A stretch of 17,740 nucleotides of DNA from Octopus sinensis (taxonomy: Eukaryota), in the NCBI RefSeq assembly GCF_006345805.1, contig NW_021824759.1:1-17740 (forward strand), in the 5' to 3' direction. Below are positions 8,308-17,740 of this stretch, one piece after another (within the stretch, counting starts at the first letter, position 1; each line of letters begins with the position of its first letter). Under the pieces are notes generated by a model. That model searched no databases, was not told the DNA's origin, and saw only the letters and a program-made list of their open reading frames with translations. The position numbers and the translations under genes are program-made.

Positions 8308-8839
8308 GTAAGTAAAGAAAATCTTTTTACATCGAACGTCCCGAAGCTCTATATACGTTCTCGGGCGAATAATATCTGTTTGATGATAACCCCAAAAGTT
8401 GCTATATTTTGTCATTTTTCAATTACTTTCGAAAATAATGAAGAATCTGGTACAATAATTGTATCATTATTACGATGACGTTTGAAACTTAAATTAACAT
8501 GAAACTTTAATGGTGGAGTATTAATTTAGATAAGTTTAGAGCAGAAATTTTGTACCGTCGAACCAAGAGCAATATCATGCGGCGGATTGATATCAAGAGG
8601 TTAAAGACAAATAAGATTAATATAGTCCCTACATACCTTCTAAAACGATGGAATGATAAGAACAAGAATGCTTTTAATAATAGGTTAGTTGGATCACAAT
8701 TAACCTGGGACTTAACAATAACACTTTCCTTTCATTATTTCTTTATCTATTAATTCGGCGTAACATTTATTTGGATAATTATTAATCAAACATCTCTGAG
8801 TACTCATTCAACTGTACGTTCATTTAAATATATTTTCCA

Positions 8840-9335
8840 CTAGCAGTATCGCCCGGCGTTGCTCGGGTTTGTAAGGGAAATAACTATATAAGCATTTTTA
8901 GAGAGTTATAGCCAAAAAATAGCAAAAAAATGCATTAAAAATGGAAAAAAAATGATGGTAAATTTTTTTTATATCGTTGACTCATCGTAGACATTTTTAG
9001 AGAGTTACTTCCCTTATATAATAGCGAAAAAATGCATTAAAATGGAAAAAATGATGGTAATTTTTTTTTAAATCGTTGACTCATCGTAGACATTTTTAGA
9101 GAGTTACTTCCCTTATATAATAGCGAAAAAATGCATTAAAATGGAAAAAAATTATGGTAAATTATTTTTTAAATCGTAGACTCATCGTAGACGCGCGCTA
9201 ATACCCAGAAGGGCTCGATATGAATCACGACTATAAGATACCCGGTTTTGGTTAAACTGCACCGCAAAATGTGGGAGTAGTTAGGAATTTAAATCGTAGG
9301 AGACAGACACACAACTTCACTTTTATATATAAAGA
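8840..9335 (-). mobile_element. Non-autonomous Helitron, complete
   Basis: The minus strand starts TC, ends with the hairpin CCCGAGCAACGCCGGG then CGATACTG-CTAG, is inserted between A and T, and has no target-site duplication. Confidence 0.85.
8893..9191. repeat. Three tandem copies of a ~99-101-nt unit inside the Helitron
   Basis: Units start CATTTTTAGAGAGTTA at 8893, 8992 and 9091. Confidence 0.95.
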
Positions 9336-9384
9336 TTACTGTAGATCTCTTAATGTTCGACATGTTCGATATGATTCTACCTAA

Positions 9385-9601
9385 GACGCTGAGCTGGCAA
9401 AATCGTTAGCACGCCAGGCAAAGAGCTTGGCGGCATTTCGTTCGTCCTTATATTCTAAGCTCAAATTCCGCCGAGGTCGACTTTCCCTTTCATCCTTTTG
9501 GGGTCGATAAAATAAGTACCAGTTGAACATTGGGATAAATGTAATTGACTTAACCTCTTCCCCAAAATTGTTAGTCTTGTGCCAAACTTGAAACCACTAT
9601 G
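9385..9601 (+). mobile_element. SINE family B with 13-bp target-site duplication
   Basis: TGATTCTACCTAA at 9372-9384 and 9602-9614 flanks a family B body. Confidence 0.9.
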
Positions 9602-9778
9602 TGATTCTACCTAATTTCTCATGTACTTATCTATTTGTGTCTAGATATCACTCTAACTACCTATTAATCTATCTATTCATCTATTTATCGATAGAATCAT
9701 CTGTGCATTTTCTATCCATCTATTTTATGTACTGCGTTCCATATAGGTCATCTTGAAATTATTTAATTTTGTACTAAT

Positions 9779-10167
9779 AGGCGTAGGGGTGGTTGTGTGG
9801 TAAGTAGCACGGCACCTTGGGCAAGTGTCTTCTACTATAACCTCGGGCCGACCAAAATCTTGTGAGTGGATTTGGTAGACGGAAACTGAAAGCAGCCCGT
9901 CGTATATATGTATATATGTACCCGTCGTATATATGTGTGTATGTGTATGTATATGTTTGTGTGTCTGTGTTTGTGCCCCCAACATCGCTTGACAACCGAT
10001 GCTGGTGTGTTTATGTACCCGTAACTTAGCGGTTTGGTAAAAGAGACCGATAGAATAAGTACTAGGCTTACAAAGAATAAGTCCTGGGGTCGATTTGCTC
10101 GACTAAAGGCGGTGCTCCAGCATGGCTACAGTCAAATGACTGAAACAAGTAAAAGAGTAAAAGAGTA
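9779..10167 (+). mobile_element. SINE family A with the tRNA-head centre (B box) deleted
   Basis: GTGGTAAGTAGC is joined directly to ACGGCACCTTGG. The remainder matches 2654-3043, with a small internal CCCGTCGTATATATG duplication. Confidence 0.88.
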
Positions 10168-10679
10168 ATAAAATATACATTTCGACATATTCTACTTAGC
10201 AAATTCGTTTGCTGCTACTTTGGAGAAGCTACATTGCGCTGATGAAGCCAAAATGATGTAGAAATATGACTTGAGTTCTCCTCAGGACAAAAACAAAACA
10301 TTTTATAAGTCATCTACTATTATTATATTATTATTATTTTTTCTTTCTTTTTTGTTGGTATTTTTTTCTTGCTGCAAATTGGTTTCTACATTAGTTTCTT
10401 TAAGGCACGAAGCATTAAATCAACTGACAAGCGCCAATCGTCTTCTTAACTAAGTTCATGTGCCAAAAAGGAAATGTGAACGTCTACGTTAGAATTCGTT
10501 TCTCTTCACAGCAAGCATACTTATTACATTTTGTAAACTCCATTGCGATTTCTACTGACATACACTATCGATAATTTTCTTGGACTCTTACTTTTTTCTG
10601 TCTTTGATGAATCAATCAATCAAACTTGTCAGTTAATTTACGTCTATATGTGTATACCTGTGAGTGCGCGCGCATGCAT

Positions 10680-10708
10680 ATGTGTGTGCGTATATATACA
10701 TACATACA

Positions 10709-10746
<38 letters not shown>

Positions 10747-10792
10747 ATATATATATATATTATATATATATATATAATATATATATATATAT
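10680..10792. repeat. (TACA)n/(TA)n microsatellite
   Basis: Visible directly. Confidence 0.93.
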
Positions 10793-10980
10793 CGCCATGA
10801 TAGATCGTTAGCCACCACACACATTTTTTCTGTCCTTGTTTTTTCTGTGTCCCTTTCTGTAGAAGAGCGTAGGCTCGAAACGTAAAAGACTTTTTCTATT
10901 CCTGAGCGCTATACTAATACATCTGTTTGTTTTGTACACCACCTGTCTTCGTCTTTAGTTATTTTCGTAAACTCTCCCTA
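10793..10980 (+). mobile_element. Dispersed repeat family P, copy 3 (hammerhead-like motif 10853-10888)
   Basis: Homologous to 3809-4008; flanked by microsatellites. Confidence 0.75.
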
Positions 10981-10988
10981 TATGTGTA

Positions 10989-11019
<31 letters not shown>

Positions 11020-11037
11020 TGTGTGTGTATGTGTTGT

Positions 11038-11349
11038 GGAGGCGCAATGGCCCAGTGGTTAGGGCAGCGGACTGGCGGTCGTAGGATTGTGGTTTCGATT
11101 CCCAGACCAGACATTGAGAGTGTTTATTGAGCGAAAACACCTAAAGCTGCATGAGGTTCCGGCAGGGGTAGGTGGCGATCCCTGCTGTACTCTTTCGCCA
11201 CAACTTTCTCTCACTCTTTCTTCTGTTGGCCTGCTCGCTTAGCCAGCACGGTGGCGTCATTTGAAGGCTAAAACAATGCGAAGCGCATTGTGACCAGCGA
11301 TGTGTAGCAACATCTGATAGCCTGGTCGGTCACAGTGATCACGGTGATA
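11038..11349 (+). mobile_element. tRNA-derived SINE family C, tail type 2
   Basis: A box TGGCCCAGTGG (11048-11058) and B box GTTTCGATTCC (11092-11102). The body is shared with 4451-4617 (minus); the tail ends GTGATCACGGTGAT. Confidence 0.87.
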
Positions 11350-12002
11350 TATATATATTAGATCCTTGTCTTTTTTTTATTTCTCTGCATTGTCCTTATT
11401 TCAACATCTCTTCGTACCTTTTTCTCTCTTTCTACTTCTATCTCTCTTCCTCTCTCTATCACGCTGTCCCTCTGCCTTTATCTCCCTCTCCAGCCTAGTA
11501 TTCACTCTTTATCGACCTAATTCATATGTACATTCATTTGAGTTATTTTTTTCAATTATTCGCTATTTCTTTCGTTCGTTCTCTGCCGATATTTGAAGCA
11601 ACTCCTACGGCAGTTACATTACGTTCATCTTGTAGAACAACCCAAGGGGAAAAATACAATTGTTATTCAAGTTATTCGGAACTAATTAATTACTCCTACT
11701 CAACTCTTGCCATGAGTGGTTTGGAGATCGATAAATCAATCAAAACCGATTACAAACAAGAATAAATTTCCCTGTCGTTTTTTTGTTTCAAGGCGAATAG
11801 AAGGGAAATAAAGGAATCTTACATCTTTCCGAAACAGCCTTTTAATGGAATTACAGAATTGTACACAATCATATCGCCATTGCATTTAAATTAGATAACC
11901 GAAATCATAGAGATTTTGCTTTTTTACCTTTTTATGCATTTATCCAATGTTTTAATTGGTCTTTACTTTCTCTGGCGGTCGTCGGGTGGCATATTTCCGC
12001 AT

Positions 12003-12023
12003 ATAGATAGATAGATAGATAGT

Positions 12024-12116
<93 letters not shown>
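12003..12116. repeat. (AGAT)n tetranucleotide microsatellite
   Basis: Visible directly. Confidence 0.97.
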
Positions 12117-12178
12117 TTGTGTGTGTGTGAGAGAGGGATAGAGAGATAGACAGTGGAAGAGAGAGAGAGAAGGTACAT

Positions 12179-12335
12179 GGTCTAATGGTCTGGGTGTTGT
12201 TCTCACGCTCACAAGAACCTGGTTCTGATTCTCACACCTGCAGTGCGTTGTGTTCTTGAACGAAACGCTTCTGTTTACTGTATTCCAATCAACTCAGCTC
12301 TAAAAAGACGACTGTGCGATGCATTGGCGTTCTAT
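12179..12335 (+). mobile_element. Decayed tRNA/CORE-type SINE
   Basis: A degenerate tRNA head is followed by TTGTGTTCTTGAACGAAACGCTT, matching TTGTGTTCTTGAGCAAAACACTT in the minus-strand SINE at 15969-16255. Confidence 0.5.
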
Positions 12336-12339
12336 TCAT

Positions 12340-12481
12340 ATATGTGTGTGTGTGCGCGCGTGTGTGTGTGTGTGTGTATGTGTGTGTGCATTCAGTTAGA
12401 TAGATAGACAGACAGATAGACATATATGTATGTATATATATGTGTGTGTGTGTATGTACGTATATATATATATGTGTGTGT

Positions 12482-12534
<53 letters not shown>

Positions 12535-12632
12535 TGTGTGTGCGTAAAAATTAAATAATAAGGGTAGTGACACAATTTTTAATCTTCAGATTTATATACA
12601 TATAGATATAGATATAGATATAGATATATATA
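12340..12632. repeat. (TG)n/(TA)n microsatellite cluster and (ATATAG)n run
   Basis: Visible directly, with a short unique interruption at about 12545-12590. Confidence 0.9.
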
Positions 12633-12935
12633 CTACCTATCTCCACAGCAAGGACGCAGACACACTCCAAGTTTTATTTGAATTCTCACAAGTCCTAGCA
12701 TGACTTTTAGCACGCCAAGTTGGGAAACATTAATCTGAATGGTCGTTTGCTAAGCTAGAGATAGCAGGCAAATTCCTTTAAATCATATCTTGATGCCATA
12801 AAAAGGAAGATGATATTGGTCAGTGTAGGAGTAACTAAACAAAAAGAAGGGATAGACATGACTGAAATGTCTTTGATCAGAGGTTTGAGCAATCTGATCT
12901 ATGAGTAAACAGTAATTTGAGGAGGCAATGAGACA

Positions 12936-13355
12936 GTCTTCTTGTCTTGTCTTGAGACAGCATTTACCCGGGGTGGGTTGAGCTGGCTTCATTTATCCTC
13001 AATGCTGCATCTCTCACAAACGCCGACCAGGCCTGGCGATTTGAGGCTGACGACCGAGTGATCTCCAACCACTCCTTATTCCAGCGGTGAACGCCGTAGA
13101 TATAGGGGCCAAGGTTGGGTTCTAGATCAGCCTTGATAGTCATCAGCCAGGTTTTTCGTTGTCCACCACATCGCTTTCGCCAACCCTGAAAGGGAGCTGT
13201 GACAATTGCTTTGTAGATGAATTCTCCTGGTTGACGACGGAGGGCATGACCCAGCCAACGTAGACGTCTCGATAGGATGACTTGTCGGAGGGAAGTGATT
13301 TTGCACTGGTGTCGCACCGAATTGTTGGAGAGTCACAGTGCAACCAATGGACCTA
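12936..13355 (-). mobile_element. 5'-truncated RTE-clade LINE: 3' end of the RT ORF plus tail
   Basis: The open frame 13317-12964 contains LSNNSVRHQC...SRRLRWLGHALRR...GGQRKTW...ASNRQAW, the typical post-RT C-terminus of RTE elements. The stop is followed by a (CAAGA)n-like tail. Confidence 0.88.
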
Positions 13356-13814
13356 CAAGAAAATAGCAGCTAGATCTTCCTCAAATCACTTTCTATCACC
13401 TTTAATAAAAGAAAGTCATCGAATTTTATAGTCCAGAATAGACTAGGCCTGTGCAAATAGAGGCAGGAGATCATGGTTGCAATGCTTTTAATCATACGCC
13501 TCCTAGATAAAGGTTGACCCGGAGTTAAACAACACATCGATGACGACAACAATATGGCAATTGCTAATACGATATTTGGTTGCGCAATATTTTGCAGTTT
13601 TATTGTTCGCCCTATTGATATAAGCACCTACATGTGCATTTTGACACTGCTGCGTTTGTACGTATCATTTGTTATGTAAATCGTCAATAAGATTTTCTCA
13701 CTTGCAATAAATAAATACATAACCAGATAAGATCTCCACTTTTATGATGCATGTGCATATGTGTATTGGCGCGTATATGTGTGCGCATACGATATAGATG
13801 CACTACAATTGATT

Positions 13815-13833
13815 CGTATCTATGTATGTATGC

Positions 13834-13875
<42 letters not shown>
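13815..13875. repeat. (TA)n microsatellite
   Basis: Visible directly. Confidence 0.95.
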
Positions 13876-13887
13876 GCACATACTTAC

Positions 13888-13918
13888 AAATTTATACAGG
13901 TAAGAAGATCGTTAGAAT
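13888..13918 (-). CDS. Candidate 31-nt coding exon A of an antisense gene (DH/RhoGEF-like)
   Basis: Minus strand: cttcttcgcttgcaagtttatttag|ATTCTAACGATCTTCTTACCTGTATAAATTT|gtaagt. Reads xSNDLLTCIN(L) and ends in phase 2, matching exon B. Confidence 0.45.
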
Positions 13919-13995
13919 CTAAATAAACTTGCAAGCGAAGAAGTATGAATGTACATATATTTAGATGCGTAGAAACAGATGAAGAATTACGTACA

Positions 13996-14206
13996 AACAC
14001 ACACACACATACTACATACATACATACATACATACATACATACATACATACATACACACACACGCATGCAAACGCACGATTCACTCGCACATCCACCACA
14101 CGCACTCTCATACATATACACATTGATGTTGATGTGTGAATATATACATACATAAATATACATACATATGTGTACATATACTTATATGTGTGTGTGTATA
14201 TATATG

Positions 14207-14249
<43 letters not shown>

Positions 14250-14265
14250 ACACTCACACATCTGT
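13996..14265. repeat. (CA)n/(TACA)n/(TA)n microsatellite cluster
   Basis: Visible directly. Confidence 0.88.
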
Positions 14266-14410
14266 TCGCACATAAACCTCGATGACGTGTCAATACTTGG
14301 TTCATTAGACGAAAATCGAACTATAAACGCGCTGCTCATGGCACTGAAGCAAAGAGCGGGTGTAAAAACGATGCTATAAAAATAGAAGAGTTACAATTAA
14401 TAGTCGTGTT

Positions 14411-14851
14411 GGCATCGAACGGCCATACAGAGAGAGAGGGGAGGGAGAGGAAGAGAGAGAGAGGGAGGAACGGGAGAGGAGGTGAGAGAGCTGGCATCGA
14501 ACGGCCATACAGAGAGAGAGGGGGGAGAGGAAGAGAGAGAGAGGGGAGGAACGGGAGAGGAGGTGAGAGAGCTGGCATCGAACGGCCATACAGAGAGAGA
14601 GGGGGGGGAGAGGAAGAGAGAGAGAGGGAGGAACGGGAGAGGAGGTGAGAGAGCTGGCATCGAACGGCCATACAGAGAGAGAGGGGGGAGAGGAAGAGAG
14701 AGAGAGGGGAGGAACGGGAGAGGAGGTGAGAGAGAGCTGCATCGAACGGCCATACAGAGAGAGAGGGGGGGGAGGGAGAGAGAGAGAGAGGAGAGGAGGG
14801 AACGGGAGAGGAGGTGAGAGAGCTGGCATCGAACGGCCATACAGAGAGAGA
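14411..14851 (+). repeat. Purine-rich minisatellite, ~82-nt unit, 5 full copies plus a partial sixth
   Basis: Core (G)GCATCGAACGGCCATACAG starts at 14411, 14493, 14574, 14656, 14739 and 14825, separated by GA-rich spacers. Confidence 0.95.
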
Positions 14852-15190
14852 GTATACAGAGAGAGAGAGAGAGAGAATACTGAAGTGAGAGAGAGAGAGA
14901 CAGAGACAGAGACGACAAAGGGAGAAAGAGCTGACAGTGAAAGAATGAGAGAGAGAGAGAGAGAGAGAGAGGAGGAGGAGGAGGAGGAGGGAAAGTGAGA
15001 GAGAGAGAGCTGACAGTGTGAGAGAGAATTGACATAGAAAGAGAGACTGGGAGTGTTGAAAAGAGAGAGAAAGTGAGATAGGGAGAGAGAGCTGGTAGAG
15101 CGTGAGAGAGAGAGAGCCGACAAAGAGTGAGAGTGAGAGAAAGAGGTGGCGGAGAGAGAGAGAGAGAAAGACGGAGCTGACAGTAGGAGA
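14852..15190 (+). repeat. Degenerate GA-rich low-complexity tract with recurring GAGCTGACAGT
   Basis: Polypurine strand with the motif GAGCTG(AC/GT)AG repeated several times. Confidence 0.8.
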
Positions 15191-15224
15191 AGGCGGAAAT
15201 ATTCTTGTTTTTTTTATCGTTTAT

Positions 15225-15420
15225 CTTTTACTTGTTTCAGTCATTTGACTGCGGCCATGCTGGAGCACTGCCTTGAAGAATTTTACTCGACCGAGTAAAA
15301 CCCTAGTACTTATTTTTTTAAGCCATCGGTGTCTTTTGCTGAACCGCTAAGTTACGGGGACGTAAACACATCAACAACGGTTGTGAATCTGTGATGGGGG
15401 ACAAACACAGATACAAGACG
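15225..15420 (-). mobile_element. SINE family A, 3' half
   Basis: CTTTTACTTGTTTCAGTCATTTGACTGCGGCCATGCTGGAGCAC is the reverse complement of the family A tail. Confidence 0.85.
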
Positions 15421-15450
15421 CGCGCGCACACACACACACACACCGCACAC

Positions 15451-15486
<36 letters not shown>

Positions 15487-15548
15487 TATATATATATAAT
15501 ATATTATATATATATATATATACATATATACATATATATACATATATA
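15421..15548. repeat. (CA)n/(ATA)n/(TA)n microsatellite
   Basis: Visible directly. Confidence 0.93.
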
Positions 15549-15931
15549 TAAAGCTGAAGTTGTCTGTGTATGGCAGGTTTGGTAGCCTTCAACTAACACT
15601 ATCTCCTCCGAGACCTTGCGGCGCAAAGTTGACCAAAATTGAGAGTATGATAGAAGAAGGTTTGCTCTTCCTTCCGTAGAAGAAAAAATTCAAATCGGAC
15701 CATGTTAACACCAAACATTATTTACATCAAAAAGGTGCTTTTTTTTTTCTAGGAAAATCCCTATTTTTACGATTTTTTGACTGCTGTATCGCCATTTTTC
15801 TGTGTATTTCAACCAGAAAAATGTTCAGTTAAAGAGAATAACAAGCTACATAATGCAGAATTTTTACTTTTTAAAAATTCCAATTCTAAAAGGTCGAAAC
15901 AGACCCGAGCAACATTGGGCGATACTGCTAG
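15542..15931 (+). mobile_element. Non-autonomous Helitron related by its termini to 8840-9335
   Basis: Its 3' end ACCCGAGCAACATTGGGCGATACTGCTAG|T matches the first Helitron. The 5' ATATATAAAGCTGAAGTTGT is similar, but the exact start is lost in a TA repeat. Confidence 0.75.
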
Positions 15932-15968
<37 letters not shown>

Positions 15969-15970
<2 letters not shown>

Positions 15971-16251
15971 GATGGACTCTCCCGTTGAAGATGACATATG
16001 AGCGTTCAGCCTTTGCCGAACGGCCTGCACAAATGATTTGCTCATAGTGATCAGATGTTTGTGCTCACTCACTCTCGCCATCAAATCGACGTTGTCTGAA
16101 CAGGTGTGCGGTGTGCCACGCGTCAGGTGTCGAAGTGATCGCAAAGCAACGTGAGATGAAGTGTTTTGCTCAAGAACACAATGTACCACCCGCTCTAGGA
16201 ATTGAAACTGCTATCTCTCGAGCAGCCCCCTGACCACTAGGACGTGCGCCT

Positions 16252-16255
<4 letters not shown>
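15969..16255 (-). mobile_element. tRNA-derived CORE-type SINE (family D)
   Basis: The reverse complement begins GTGGAGGCGCACGTCCTAGTGGTCAG (tRNA-like), then a degenerate B box GTTTCAATTCC and the CORE-like TTGTGTTCTTGAGCAAAACACTT. Confidence 0.75.
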
Positions 16256-16290
<35 letters not shown>

Positions 16291-16349
16291 TAGTGCACTG
16301 CTTCGCATCAGTTTCAAAGTAGAATTATAGTTGGTATTTATGCAGTAAC

Positions 16350-16773
16350 CAAGGCGGCGAGCTGGCAGAAACGTTAGCACGCCGGGCGAAATGCGTAGCC
16401 GTATTTCGTCAGCCGTTACGTTGTGAGTTCAAATTCCGCCGAGATGGACTTTGCCTTTCATCCTTTCGGGGTCGATAAATTAATTACCAGTTACGAACTG
16501 GGGTCGATATAATCGACTTAATCCCTTTGTCTATCCTTGTTTGTCCTCTCTGTGTTTAGCCGCTTGTGGGTAGTAAAGAAATAGAAATAGGTATTTCGTC
16601 TGCCGTTACGTTCTGAGTTCAAATTCCGCCGAGGTCGACTTTGCCTTTCATCCTTTCGGGGTCGATTAAATAAGTACCAGTTACGCACTGGGGTCGATAT
16701 AATCGACTTAATCTGTTTGTTTGTCCTTGTTTGTCCTCTCTGTGTTTAGCCTCTTGTGGGTAGTAAAGAAATA
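16350..16773 (+). mobile_element. Young SINE family B partial dimer with 17-bp target-site duplication
   Basis: GGTATTTATGCAGTAAC at 16333-16349 and 16774-16790. Body and tail are repeated at 16401-16590 and 16591-16774. Confidence 0.93.
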
Positions 16774-17344
16774 GGTATTTATGCAGTAACGTCAACGAAA
16801 TCATACCGTATCCTTAGACGTTGAAATATTGATAGAATCCGTGCAAACTATACCTAGAAAAGCTTATGATTTACAAAGACACCCTCTCCATTGCAAACAA
16901 CGATTTTGTAATCTTCCTTGTTTTGTTTCATTTATTTCGTTTGAAGTTTTTATACCATTTTTTGTGGGTTTATGTTTTGTTTCGATGGAGATTTCTTGAG
17001 AGAAGCTAACTTTCTTCAACTAAACAAGACTTACAACATCGGTTTTTTGCTGGTTTTCGTTTATTGTGGTTATTTTTGTGTTTGTTTGTTTTTCTGGGGG
17101 GGGGGGTTTCTCCTCCAATATTTAGTTCTTTGTTTTTCAAACAATTCAGGTAGTTTCCCTTTCGTTTGAAATCCAAAAACCATTTTTTGTTGTGGCTTTT
17201 GTTTTGTTTTGTTTTTTGCGATATTTATATATTTATATTTTGCTTCAAATCTGAGAATGAATTGAAGCGAAAGTAAAAAAGAGGGGGGAAATGCCGCTAT
17301 CATTCAGTAGCCAAGTAGATTTCTTTGTCTTTGAATATAACTAA

Positions 17345-17480
17345 TCTTTCTTCCCCTTCTCTTCCTCTCTATCCCCTTTCTTTTGTCATTCTTTTCTCTC
17401 TTTTTCTCTCCTCTTCTCTCCTTCTCCTCTCTTTTGTCATTCCTTTCTCTCTCCCTCTCTTTCTCTATTTCTCTCTTTCT
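17345..17480. repeat. CT-rich low-complexity tract
   Basis: Polypyrimidine sequence visible directly. Confidence 0.8.
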
Positions 17481-17587
17481 TGTCCAATGTGCCATGAAAT
17501 CCATGTTTTTTTTTTTGTTAGTTTATTTTTTTCTCCATTTATACTTTCCTTTCCATCCGTTCTGCATTTGGTATGTAACCACTTCAC

Positions 17588-17738
17588 ATTTATCGTCTGC
17601 TTCGCTGGAGACCAACGAAAATGAGATTTCTTTACTACGTTGTTGTAGGATTAGTTCGAAGGTAGAGGTAGAATTACAGCTTTTTGCGTAGGCATGAAGT
17701 CTGAGATCTTTAGGGATACGGATAGATCCTTGACAGCG
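17588..17738 (-). CDS. Candidate upstream coding exon of the antisense gene (5' boundary not determined; open frame runs to the window edge)
   Basis: The minus frame is open from the window edge to a stop at 17523-17525: RCQGSIRIPKDLRLHAYAKSCNSTSTFELILQQRSKEISFSLVSSEADDK... A weak phase-1 donor AAAT|gtgaag at 17588 would join exon A as ...SEADDK-Y-SNDL. Confidence 0.33.
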
Positions 17739-17740
17739 TA

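Noticed and set aside
10498-10563. Strong plus-strand acceptor tttctcttcacag at about 10510
   Set aside because: The downstream frames do not resemble the expected next ChAT exon (F(F/Y)VLDV...) and soon reach stops.
11038-11110. Possible tRNA gene (also the heads at 2654 and 4545-4617)
   Set aside because: The anticodon and acceptor stems do not pair, and each head continues into a SINE body.
11555-11620. Minus-strand acaag|ATGAACGTAATG... reading DERNVTAVGVASNIGRERTKK*
   Set aside because: Short, with a weak acceptor and no recognisable family; its stop would interrupt the candidate A-B junction.
12690-13530. Degenerate repeats flanking the RTE fragment (ATAGCAG...AAATCA at about 12768 and 13364, similar at about 140)
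   Set aside because: Probably old copies of another SINE family, but the similarity within the window is too low to set boundaries.
14411-14851. CRISPR-like repeat-spacer appearance
   Set aside because: The spacers are near-identical low-complexity GA sequence, the context is eukaryotic and there are no cas genes; it is a minisatellite.

Overview
AT-rich, microsatellite-dense animal genomic DNA. The repeat families look like those of an octopod cephalopod (recognition from memory, not a database search). Most of the window is intronic and most ORFs in the supplied track are microsatellite or antisense artefacts. There is one confident protein-coding exon: a 181-nt plus-strand exon of choline acetyltransferase (ChAT, 8127-8307). 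On the minus strand I find three small GT-AG exons (13888-13918, 7964-8056, 4183-4223) plus an open frame at the right edge. They splice in phase into a peptide resembling the start of a Dbl-homology (RhoGEF) domain, so a second gene may be interleaved antisense with ChAT, one exon lying only 70 nt from the ChAT exon. The rest is a transposon patchwork: several tRNA-derived SINE families (two copies with clear target-site duplications), decayed LINE fragments (two with a restriction-like endonuclease, one RTE), two non-autonomous Helitrons, and a short dispersed repeat with a hammerhead-ribozyme-like fold, one copy of which sits in a double fold-back. There is also a 190-nt tandem duplication and a purine-rich minisatellite.
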